Positions 12,909 to 24,316 of a DNA stretch of 64,000 bases are shown here, piece after piece. Where the stretch lies: contig JAHLTZ010000007.1 in assembly GCA_025786725.1 (NCBI GenBank), positions 558,001 to 622,000 on the forward strand, written 5' to 3'. The number at the start of each line of letters is the position of its first letter. Within the stretch, counting starts at the first letter, position 1. A program made the translations under genes and the position numbers. The notes under the pieces are model-generated. The model was not told the DNA's origin. It was given only the letters and a program-made list of their open reading frames with translations, and searched no databases. The DNA is from Syncephalis fuscata S228 (Eukaryota; Fungi; Zoopagomycota).

Positions 12909-13351
12909 GTTGTAAAACAGTATTGATGAGCAATAGAAGTAGTTGATAGTAACAATAATATATAAAGTAATGTGTTGTTAGCGGAGAGAAAGAGAAGAGC
13001 GGTATCTATCTATCTATATAAAAGTATACGGGGTATGACACATGTAAGTCTATATTAATAGAATAGCCAAGGCCTAGCATAATACCTGATACTTATGAAT
13101 ATATATAATAATTATATATCGTAATACACATTATAATATGTATAATTATTTAAATAATTATAAATGGCTAATAATGAATACGTAAATTGTATATTTAATG
13201 TATAAACCATTTGAAGAATTATCCATAAAAGCCCAGAATCAAATAGATTGAATCAAGCAATAATTCAGTTAGAGTCAAGTGACGTCGTTCCACGTTCTCC
13301 TTTTCTCCGTCTAATTCGCCGAACACGCCACCTATTTGCTTTACAATTAGT

Positions 13352-16300
13352 ATGTCGTCGACGGCTAGTACCGTTCCTACGGCTCAGGATGATCCTCTTC
13401 GGGCGAGATCTTATCAATTTTGGCGTAAGGAATTCATTCCTTTATTTCAACGCGACTGTATAGGCAGTAGTGATATTACTATCGCTGAGGCTACAGCCGA
13501 ATCTGCCACTTTAACAGCCTGCGAACAGCGGCAGGCAATAATCTATGCAAGTGCCTCGGCGCTCGAAGCAATCAAGTGGAGTTGTCCGGGTGGAGTGGCC
13601 GCGTTGCTTGATGCTGGTGCATTTAGCGTTCAATGTATTGACGATATCACAACCAACGATACACCACCTAGCTGGCAAGTAGACCAAAACACTTGGTGTC
13701 ATTAGATACCATTGAATTAACACTTGCTTATAGCGAAACAGCACCATTGTCACCACCAACAGCTCATATTCTAATTGATGGCCAACTACTGCAGTATGAA
13801 CAACAATTGAAAACACTATGGTCCAATGAAAAGTCGCAACTAAAACACGTTCATCTTTGGTTGGGCTTGCCAGAAGGCATGCAAACGCCACCGTCATCCA
13901 TAAGCACCGATGACATATCAAACAGTACACAGATTGCGGGAACAGCACAAGAAGAGGAAGAAGTACAACAAAGAACACTTCATGGACTAGATCGATGGAA
14001 GATTGCTATGTCCAGTTGGCATAGATCAATCACTGTTGAGGTTCATTATGCACCAGCACTATTGTGGGCTTGTATTAGTAAATGTTTCTATGTAACACCC
14101 AGTTGTACAGATGTTTTTCCTGCATTGGATGTTGTCATAGAAGGTAAATAGACAGTTAATAATAGCACAACACTTGTAATAATCTAATGGATTAATTATT
14201 AGATGAAACTGAACCTGTATCTAACCATTTTACCGAAGCACAAAGAGTAATAAGAATACAGCTATTAACATACTAATACTAACTATATTATTGTGATAAA
14301 TATGTACTATTATTTTATAGGAAGGATTACGTAGTCTAGGTGCATTGCTATCTGTTACTTTGGCTGAACTACACTATAAAAGTGAATTCTTTGTTATTGG
14401 TAACTATTTGTGTGTGTGTATATTAAAATAGTCTTAATAATAATATTGAATATTAGGCGAATCGGCCAAATATGTAGCACGTCAGTGTCATCGACTAGGG
14501 GCGTATGCAGCAAGTCATGGTCGTGTTGGTGGTAGTGGCGGTCTTGATGATATGATACATCGGATAGTGAAGCTGCAGTCATTATTATAGATCGAGTAAG
14601 TTTTATAGCAAATAATAATAATCTAATTTATTAATAATTATCTACAATATAGACTGTAGATTTAGTGGCGCCCAGTTGGCATCAAGATAATCTAATGGAT
14701 GAGATCTATCGCGTCTTACAACGTAGAAGTGTCAGGGATGGCTCATTAGACTTGTGTATATCCTCGAAGGAGTAGCTGCTTCAATTGAGCCAAAACTATC
14801 AACCACCTCCTCTACTACCGGTAAGAAGTGTTGACAAATAGGATTATTATAGATACCAATGCTATTACTAGTTTCAGCGAAATTATGTTCTATAGCCCAT
14901 GGTCTTAACGAGGAATGTTTCGATTTGGTTGACAGTATGATTATGTCTGGTCAAAAAGACGGATTAAATCTTGTTCGGTTAGTAGCAAACGATAAACAAT
15001 CGTTTAATGATTAGTGCTAGTACTAATATTTATATTCATATTAATAATAGAAAATGTCTATCGGATATTATTACATTTGAAAATCCACAAGCTAAAATAC
15101 CTCGGGTAATTGATGGACAATTTTATAATATTAGTAACAATAATAATAACACTAATAGCAATTATCTAGAGTATGGGACGTGTTACGCCGGCTTTATTAA
15201 ATAAATTATTATCTGTATTCCAAGACGAGCGAGATCAGAAATTACGACATGCTGCTCTTGTTGAATTGACAGCGGCAGTTGTTCAGACTTTACAGGAAAG
15301 GTAAGGGGCATCAATGTGTAATATATTACATTTATTTAATTGATTAATAGTCCAAAAATGATGTGGGATGAATTGGCTGCTTTGGAAAAGACGCTTTCAT
15401 TGAGTATTGGTGATGCACAACAAATATCAGAACATTTGCAAGGAGCAGTGCCTAAAGTCAATGAAACAGGAGGTAATCTTTATTCTACTAATATTTAACA
15501 ACTATTTACATTTATTGTACAAACAGTTAGTGTGACACGTATGCGTAAAAGTTATTCTGTTGTGGATGCTATGTTATTGGCCCTTAGTGTCTATTCATTG
15601 GGCGGTGATGTGTGGAGGCTACCTGAAGAAATGGAAATGATTTTGATCGATCGATGGTTTGCTGCCTTATTGGCTGGTCAGCGCTCTTTAATCACCTATG
15701 GTGGTATTAATAGTGAAGCTGATCAACTACTACAGTCCATAGGCGTGGTGAGGATTAATGAGCAATGCTGTATAGTTATAGTTCTAACTAAATTGCTATA
15801 TTTTAGCTAAATAGTGCTGAAGCAGAATCGAGTACGGAGACTGACGATCAAATAAAAGAACGACGCATCCGTGTTGGCAATTGGTTCGAGCGTATTGTTT
15901 ACGTCTTCATGAGATAGCCAATACGCGCAACATCTCACTGGATTGCGGTAATACTGGTTATAGAAAAGATAAACCACAGTTACTAATGTGCTGTGTAGAC
16001 ATTTACTACGTAATGAATCATTATTGCCGTATACGCCATTTGTACAGCAACTATTTGAAAACATCTATGCAACAGAAGCATCGGATGAGAAGATTTGGAA
16101 CATGTGCCATCAGGTGGTACACTTGGTAGCTATTTTACAGGATTTAGGTAAGCTTGTATTAAGACATTGATAGTATTTACTAAAATAAATCACTAGTCGC
16201 CTGTTATCGAATACTAAGCCACATCCACGTAACTATCGACATATTGTACTGTGTGTAGTGGGTGGTATTACTTTTAATGAAGTGCGTATTTTGCGAGAAT

Positions 16301-16472
16301 TGACAATGACCGAATCAATCAATGTAAGTATAGGGATAATAGTAACTAGCTTATGTAAATACACTTGATAATAACACTGATTACTATTGTATACTACTAC
16401 TAGTTAATCGTTATATCGACGGATATTGCTACTGGACATACACTATTCCGCCATGTGTTTACGAGTATTTAA
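13352..16472 (+). CDS. SCFD2: Sec1/Munc18-family protein, SCFD2/MIP3-like (multi-exon)
   Basis: N-terminal IYASASALEAIKWSCPGG resembles SCFD2 VYLDAACAESLHWGCG. Internal VIIIDR/TVDLVAPSWHQDNLMDEIY and C-terminal IVLCVVGGITFNEVR Sec1 motif. About 10 short introns and some frameshifts; stop at 16470-16472. Confidence 0.75.
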
Positions 16473-16613
16473 TGCTGATAATAAATAGCATAAACATTTA
16501 AATTAAAAATATACAATATGTAAATGTTGACGTCACTTTATATTTAATCAATTCTGAAATCATCAACAACACCACTTTTTATATATTTTATTTATACATG
16601 TTCGACTTTCATC

Positions 16614-18120
16614 ATGCCAGTTACCGTCAATCTAACCGTGTCATTTCAAGATGCAATTCAACAATTGTATCGAGATGAAGAAAAAACGCACAGTATTAGT
16701 GGTAATGATACTGTAGCGGTACCTACTGCTACCGCCACAGGAGTCAATGACGATACCACAACATCGAGACTAAGAAGGCGTAAACAAGATGCTTCAACAA
16801 CAGCTGCTGCATGGCAAACTGTATTTGCAACATTCCACGATACAAAACAGAATAGTCTACAGAAGACAAACCGATCTACTATGCAATGGCAGCCTAATCG
16901 CGATAAAATGGACACATTTATGCTTGAAGCTTATCGCATTGTAAGTTGCGCTATTTCATATTATAATAGAAATTATCATTATTAAGCACTGTATTAAACT
17001 ACTGAATAGGCAGACCATATTGAATCGCTTGAACAATTACTAATTACAAGTCGACGTGGCTATTTAGCCCGTGCCACACAATTAGGCAGTGGTGGTGGAC
17101 GCAGTCAAATAGGAGGCGCCATGGCTATGACAGAAGCAGAGCGTGATGAAATCGATCAACAAGCCAAAGGAATTATTCGAGGCTGTGCCGACCGAATTAG
17201 TCGATTGGAACAAGCTGTTAAGGGTTAGTTATTAGATAACAGTGAATTTTAACGTATATATACATATATGTTAATCATTTGTAATATTTAATAGATGCAG
17301 CGCCGTCAATGGGTGTTACACTGGCCCGCCAATTACTTTCCACGATGGGTGGTGCCGTAGATGCCACCATGACTGAGGCAGCCTATGAGCAACAGATACG
17401 TGCTCATCGAGGTGCCGTTACTTGGTGGCTTAACAAACGATTGGTCGATGTATCATCTTTACAACGAGAACAGCAAGAATTACGGCTACGACGCGAAATA
17501 GAGCGACAGCGTAGGTAAGCTAAACAATAATGGCCATTTCCTTGTTATTTTTACTAATAAATACATCTTTATTCATTCTATAGCTCATTACGTACACAAA
17601 GTCAATGGTCAACATCTAACACTAACAACAACAACAATAATAATAATAAAACAACTGATGCTACTACAGATTCAGCATCATCACCAAGTCTATTCGAAGA
17701 TGAACGTATGGTTGAAAAGACGCTTGATTTAACACCGGAACAACAACAATTATTAGAAGATGAAAATCGCGAATTGGCACAATCACTGGAATCTACATTG
17801 AATCAAGTAAAGTAAGTAGTTATTCTATACTAATGATAATAATACTATTTATTTACTGTTATCATGATGGTAATAGAGAAGCAGAGCGTGCTATACTTGA
17901 AATTGCTGAATTGCAAAACCAGTTAATGTCACATGTTGCCGCACAAGCTAAAGAAACAGAGCAACTTTACGAAGAAGCAGTAGCTACAACAGATCGAGTA
18001 CGTGAAGGCAATTTACAGCTAGCTGAGGCCGGTCGACGTAGTGCCGATACTCGTAAATGGGTCCTACTCTTCTTGATTCTTGCCAGTCTAGTATTATTAT
18101 TCCTTGATTGGTATGATTAG
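16614..18120 (+). CDS. UFE1: Syntaxin-18/Ufe1 (ER Qa-SNARE)
   Basis: N-peptide NLTVSFQ, DTFMLEAYRI, MTEAERDEID, HRGAVTWWL, QQLLEDEN, SNARE motif ERAILEIAELQ...EGNLQL and C-terminal anchor VLLFLILASLVLLFLDWYD. Four introns. Confidence 0.9.
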
Positions 18121-18269
18121 GCAGGCAGCAAATAATGTCTAGCGTGTGTGTGTGTTTACATTTTTATTATTAATCATTTATTGATTGTGTACGCAAAAGT
18201 AAATAGTTTATTATTAACAATTTTATATGTGTATTGCTGTATGGTGTAATCTTAATATTATTCTATCAT

Positions 18270-20591
18270 TTACTCCATAATACCTTCATCGGCCATTGGA
18301 TCTACGGCCGATTTAAGTGATGGATGATGTGTATCAATCCAACTTGTTAGTTGATCGAGTAATTCAATTTGATCATTTTGACGTAGTAAACCGGCAAGCG
18401 TCGCTACAATCTTGTAATTGGGCCATTTAATCGATGGATCAATCGATGGTACCTGTTTAAACATACGTAATGCTTCTTGGTAGTCTCCAATACGGGCTAG
18501 ACATTCGATGTACGAGACATAGTTATTTGTATTAGGGTGTACACCTAGTGCCGGTAACTGGCCCCATATACGACGGGCCAGCCATGGATAATAGTGCCAT
18601 CCACAGGTATCAAGAATAATTGATATAGAGGCTGGATCAACGGTAGCTATAGGCGCCTTAGCACTTATTTCCGCCCCGTTATTCTCAACATCATGGACAA
18701 GTTGCCGCCAAATCTGCACCACTTGTACTGGTTGATCGTTGCGTTGATATGCATCCATTAAAGCATTCCATACGGCAATATCTGGATCAATGCGTGCATC
18801 AACGACTAGATGCTGATGGGTTCGTCGAACCGCTGAAAGATCGCCTCGTTTGCCATAGGCATCAAATAGAATGGTGTAGGTGTAGGCATTGGCAGAGACT
18901 CGTGCCCGACGCATATCGTTAAATACGCGTTGACCTTGATCGATATCTTCGATCTGATCGACACTCATAAATGCTTTAAGTAGCGCATTGTAGTGCCATG
19001 TTGTTAATGGTATTTTTGTTTCACGTAACTCTTGATAAATTGATGTTGCAGTTGATAAGTCACCAGCACGAATAAACGCATTAACCAGCGCTAAATGTGC
19101 CGCCATACTCTTCGATTCTTTATCCATCGATTCATGTTCGATAGATAGTGTTTTTTGCATCGTTTCAAATAGTTGCATAGCTTTAGTTAGATCATCCCGA
19201 CTGGCATAAGCTTCAATAAGTGCGGCGTAGACCACCGCATCTGGTTGGATATTCTTTTTTAACATATCGTCAAATAATTGTTGTGCTCCTTTCGTATCCT
19301 CTAGTGCTGCCCTAGCCCGAATACGAATGGCATATATAACGGCATTCGGTCTAATATTGCACGTCTTCATTTGCTCTGATAGATTTTCAACTTCGCTCCA
19401 CTGATTGGCACGTGCATAGGCATCCATGATAGCACCAAACGTAAATACATTTGGCTGAACACCGTAAAGTGGCATTTCTGTGTAAAAGTAATTTACAGCA
19501 CTGTCTAGATCACCGGCACTTACCGATGCCTTAATCAAAGCAACAAAGCTATAGGCATCTGGTTTGATTGCGGCCTCAGTCATTTCCTTATATGCCTTTT
19601 GGGCATAGTTGAGTCTACCGAGACGAGCATACATACTTAATAATATATTCCATAAATAAAGAGTGGGTGTAACATTAACATTCTTCATGCTTTTAAATGT
19701 ACGGCGCGTAGCCGATAGTTGATTTCTTGCTGTATACCATTGTATTAATGGTGTAAATGAGTATGTATCCGGGTGAATGCCGACCCGTGTCATATCTTCA
19801 CGTAACTCTTCGGCCAATGTTACTTCTCCGGATTTAGCGGCCAGTGATATAAGAATATTATAGGTGGCCAGATTAGGCTGGCAGTTTATAGTTGAGTGGT
19901 CCTGTTGCGATGTAGCATTTCGACGCATTTCAGCAAATATGGCCAATGCTTCGCGTAGATTACTTGATCCACGATGGGCTGCCAAAATGATATTATAAGC
20001 GCGTGTATCGACCGCTTTATTAGACTGTTGCATTGTGCGGAATATACCGCGTGCTTCTTCGGTACGATCCAATCGTCCAAGTGCTTGGATCAATTGAATA
20101 CATTGCTTTTGTGTGAGTGAGTGGCCACTTTCTTCTAATGCATCGCATAATCCCACAGTTACTTGTGCTCGTTTATTCATTTCCTTATCATTGTTACGTA
20201 TCGATTGGCCAAGAGACCAAAATACTGATTCTATGGCCGATCGCTCCTGTTCAGACAACTGCGATTTCGTTACTAATGCCTGTCCCAGTTGATATACTGT
20301 ATTCCACTGGCTTGCTTCTGAAGCAGCTAATAGATCGGTAATTAAGGGATCCTTACTGCTAGATGTAATTGCTTCTACTGCTTCGGCAGAAGAGCTTGCT
20401 GTCCAAGAGCAGCTATAGGTATGAAATGATGTCAATGAATTGGTAGTCAATTCATTTGGTAAACGCAACTGGCGACCTATAGCAGTATAAGGACTAGTCG
20501 AATGATTGGAGGCATTTAGCATATGCAGCAGACAGCTTGAAGACCGTTGCGAAGCCTTTAGCCATAAATTACGCGTTAGAAGACGTGGCAT
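18270..20591 (-). CDS. Pentatricopeptide repeat (PPR) protein, probably mitochondrial
   Basis: Tandem 35-aa repeats (PNLATYNILI, PDTYSFTPLI, PDAYSFVALI, PNVFTFGAIM, PDAVVYAALI, ANAYTYTILF). Arg/Ser/Leu-rich N-terminus resembles a targeting peptide. First ATG at 20591. Confidence 0.92.
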   Translation of the reverse strand: MPRLLTRNLWLKASQRSSSCLLHMLNASNHSTSPYTAIGRQLRLPNELTTNSLTSFHTYSCSWTASSSAEAVEAITSSSKDPLITDLLAASEASQWNTVYQLGQALVTKSQLSEQERSAIESVFWSLGQSIRNNDKEMNKRAQVTVGLCDALEESGHSLTQKQCIQLIQALGRLDRTEEARGIFRTMQQSNKAVDTRAYNIILAAHRGSSNLREALAIFAEMRRNATSQQDHSTINCQPNLATYNILISLAAKSGEVTLAEELREDMTRVGIHPDTYSFTPLIQWYTARNQLSATRRTFKSMKNVNVTPTLYLWNILLSMYARLGRLNYAQKAYKEMTEAAIKPDAYSFVALIKASVSAGDLDSAVNYFYTEMPLYGVQPNVFTFGAIMDAYARANQWSEVENLSEQMKTCNIRPNAVIYAIRIRARAALEDTKGAQQLFDDMLKKNIQPDAVVYAALIEAYASRDDLTKAMQLFETMQKTLSIEHESMDKESKSMAAHLALVNAFIRAGDLSTATSIYQELRETKIPLTTWHYNALLKAFMSVDQIEDIDQGQRVFNDMRRARVSANAYTYTILFDAYGKRGDLSAVRRTHQHLVVDARIDPDIAVWNALMDAYQRNDQPVQVVQIWRQLVHDVENNGAEISAKAPIATVDPASISIILDTCGWHYYPWLARRIWGQLPALGVHPNTNNYVSYIECLARIGDYQEALRMFKQVPSIDPSIKWPNYKIVATLAGLLRQNDQIELLDQLTSWIDTHHPSLKSAVDPMADEGIME

Positions 20592-20714
20592 GGTCAAAAT
20601 GATCGATGAATAGGCGAATGAGCAAACAAAAATAAAATAAAAATTAGCGATAATGCATTGTATAATGCTAATTGATTTTTAAAATCATTTATTTATTTTT
20701 GTTGATAAACAAAT

Positions 20715-20976
20715 CATTGGTTTCTACTATTGAGCTGGATGGTTTATTGATGCAGTGTAATATTAAGGTTTTGGAGCTATTTTACTTTGACTCTCTATCC
20801 TTAAACTGAAGGATAAAAAGATCCATAGCTCAAATAAACCGTTGATCAGTTTTTACTACTGAGAATTGCTATTTGTTGAGGCAGTGCCACATCAACTTTG
20901 ATTAATTCAATCAAAGTCAATTAATCAGCACTATTTCAATATCCAATACTAGTATTAATCAATGCTAAATAGCATT
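20715..20976 (-). ncRNA. Unidentified structured RNA candidate
   Basis: Several nested stems whose imperfect pairs are G-U on the minus strand but C-A on the plus strand, plus a long-range closing helix. Family not recognised. Confidence 0.4.
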
Positions 20977-21530
20977 TTCATGTTACTTACAATAAAATAT
21001 AATAAATAGGTAAATGTTAATCCATATTATTGTTGCTGTAAAGTATTTAAAGTGTTATAGTTTGATATTTAATATAACTTATCATCCAGCTCCACGTTTA
21101 GTAGAATAATAAATATGTAGTTCAATCAAGTAAAGAATGTCAATTTCAATCTTTTGACACTGAAGTATATGAGTCTACTAATAAATTATTAATTAAATAA
21201 AAACTATACCGTTATTGTCTTATCGGCACCACATTCCATTTATCGTATTCCTCCAATGAATCGATGATCATGTGGCTGCACACCTGATAACATAAACAGT
21301 CAATATCAATAGTGGATGACTCTGTTATGTGGGGATGATAAGATAGGCCATCGCTTAGATAGACATGGACACGTGTGTGCAACTATTTCTTTGTCGCTTC
21401 TGACGTCTGCGCCGTTTTCTTTTTCTTTTACGTGCTTCCATCTTTGTCGTTGTTATTATCCAAGCAGAGTAGCATAGCAGTAGTGCTGCAGTAGATAGTG
21501 TAGGCCAGTAAACAAGCTTTTACGTTTATT

Positions 21531-24018
21531 ATGACAACATCAAATCCTACCACTCCTACTACAGTAGATATGAATAACCAGGAAGAACAACGTCTATCAC
21601 CAGATAGCGAGATAGAGCGGGCATCGACACCGACATCGACGAGGCAGTGGGAAGAGGACACGAGCGAAGACCGTCCTGCTGTACCACAGATCCCTTATAC
21701 AGCTGCCCCAACAGCGTCTAATGTTGCCTATCCACAGCATGCCTACTGCACCCTGGTTACAAGTAACGATTATGCGCCGGGTGCCTTAGTATTAGCCCAT
21801 GCCCTACGCACTGTTCATGGACAACACGTCTACTTGCCTGTATGGTCACACCCGGTCTTGACACTGATGTCATTCGCCGATTACGTCAAGTCTACCATCA
21901 TTTGCATTTTGTTGATCCACTTGATTCGTATGATGCAGCTGCTCTTTCCCTGCTTGGTCGACCTGAACTGGGTATTACATTGACCAAGCTAAATGTATGG
22001 CGTTTGACGCAATATGAACGTGTTGTCTTTCTTGATGCCGATACATTTCCACTAAGACACGTCGATGAGCTATTCGATCGGGATATTGGTGATCGTATTG
22101 CTGCTGCTGCTGATATTGGATGGCCTGATTGTTTCAATAGCGGTGTATTTATATGTAGACCATCATTAAGAATGTACCGTGCCCTTTTACGTACTATGGC
22201 ATCTCAAGGCAGTTTTGACGGTAATGGTACCATTATGATTGTTAACATTAATATTAATGTGTATTGACGATTAAAGGTGGCGACCAAGGATTATTAAATA
22301 CTCATTTCTCCGAGTGGTCAACTGGTGATAGTGCACGTCGTTTGCCATTCATTTACAATGTGACGCCCACTGCTTGGTATAGGTAAGTGTATTGTAACTG
22401 CATCAATTAACATTAATATTGATATTAATATATGAATACATTAACGCATTATAGTTATGCACCAGCATTTACACGCTACAAGAACGATATTGCCATTCTA
22501 CACTTTATTGGTAGAAATAAACCATGGCAATGGTCTAGAGACACCAATGGCCAGCTTGAAGGAGAAGAAGAGATTAATGGCAAGCATATGTGTCCATACC
22601 GTCTAGTTGACTATGTACGTCTTTGGTGGACAGTTCATGATGAACATGTAGAGCCTTGGGTAAGTTGTTAATATTATTATTGCTCAACATTTATATGATT
22701 GGTGCTAATATAATGAATAGACCCCTAAACAAGGTGCCTTTTCTAAAGCAGTAAGCAATTAATACATATACACATAAATAAACTAATAACTAATAACAAT
22801 ATATGATAATAGCGCCAATTGGCTTATAGTCTTGTACCTGAACATGGTGCCTCTGCACGTAGTATGGAAGTCTATTCTGGTCAACCAATGCAACCTCAAG
22901 TTAGACAAGAGTTTTCAGATTATCGAGTTAACTGGACGGCGGATACAACATCTAATACGTCAGGTCATCATTATCCACAAGTACCAAACTCTTCTTCTTC
23001 ATTCTCTTCTATATTAACTGATTATCACACTGCTTGGAATTCAAATGAAGAACACTCTTCGTCTAATTCTCAAGAACAGCAATCCTCCTCTTCATACTCC
23101 CCTCCGCCGTCATATAATACATCTCATCATCACCATCATCATCATCATCACCACCATCATGACAATTCAATCGTAGAACCACCACTAAGTGATGCTATGG
23201 CACGTGAAGATTGGCAGCAATACACATCAAATGATGAATACAATGCTTCAAAAGACGTAACAACAACCGCTGCTACAGTGATAGATACAGTAGGCTACGA
23301 TGATTATAATAACAGCGGTTCATCAATAGTAGTTGTACCAAAGAAAGAGGAAATGCAAGAGATTGTTGATAGTCAAAATATCTCTAATACATCAGCAACT
23401 ACAATGACAACAACTACAGCAACTTCAGTAAAACAAATTAAATTGCCTGAAGTAGGACCACGTGTAGAATTAAAAGAGCCACACAATTGGGTTGATTGGG
23501 CACATCAGATGATTGATGATTTACGAGTTATTGAATCAGTAATGGAACGTAAGAAAATAAAACATCAAGAAAATATTAAAGCTACCACGACAACAAGAAC
23601 AACAAGAACAAGTACAAGTACTACAGCTGAAATAGTTAATATAACTAGCAGTCATCATATTGACAGTACTCATCATCATCATCATCAGCAACAACAACAA
23701 CAACAAGACAGTATTAGTGTTAGTAGTAGCAATAGTAGCAGTAGCAGTAGTAGTAATAGTAATATTGCTACTACTACTGTGGTAACTGAAGAATATGATG
23801 AAGACGAGTATTTATTGATAACGACATTCCTTAATGGCTTAAAGCGTTGGGAACGAGAACTGCTATTGATTGAACATCTTGGATTTAAACGAGCGTTAAC
23901 ACTTCGTGGAGAGGATGGCCATACTGCTCAAATGGCTGTTAAACTGGCACGCGGTGTGACTGCGCGTGGTGTGGCAGGTGCAGAAGAAGAAGTAGGCCGT
24001 ACCAGCTCAAGTGATTAA
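21531..24018 (+). CDS. Glycogenin (GT8) with long low-complexity C-terminal extension
   Basis: AYCTLVTSNDYAPGALVL, FLDADT, WPDCFNSGVF, SFDGGDQGLLN, WY/SYAPAF (autoglucosylated Tyr context) and HFIGRNKPW. Several introns and a frameshift near 21830. Confidence 0.9.
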
Positions 24019-24316
24019 CATGTACATGATAACGTGTACCTGATCTAATAAATCATGGATACGCAAATGGCCATTAGTTTAAATAGAGACAAGTGTCATA
24101 GTATATTAGTAACAACAATAGGATTAATAATTATGAAACAATAAAAATAATAAAGTAAAATTAGGAATTATAATAATAGTAATATTTAGATATAATGCTA
24201 ATAGCAACAAAATGTAAACAACACACAAACTAATGGTAAATAATAAATAGTAGTAGTATAACAAACAAAACGATGAATAAAGAAAATTCCCAAATGGTAA
24301 TACCATTAGAGTCTCA

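Noticed and set aside
20960-20976. GCUAUUUAGC resembling dicistrovirus IGR-IRES stem-loop IV; AAACCAU (near 20740) resembling snR30/U17 m2
   Set aside because: Partner motifs (CAGCC loop; AUAUUCCUA m1) are missing, so neither assignment is supported.
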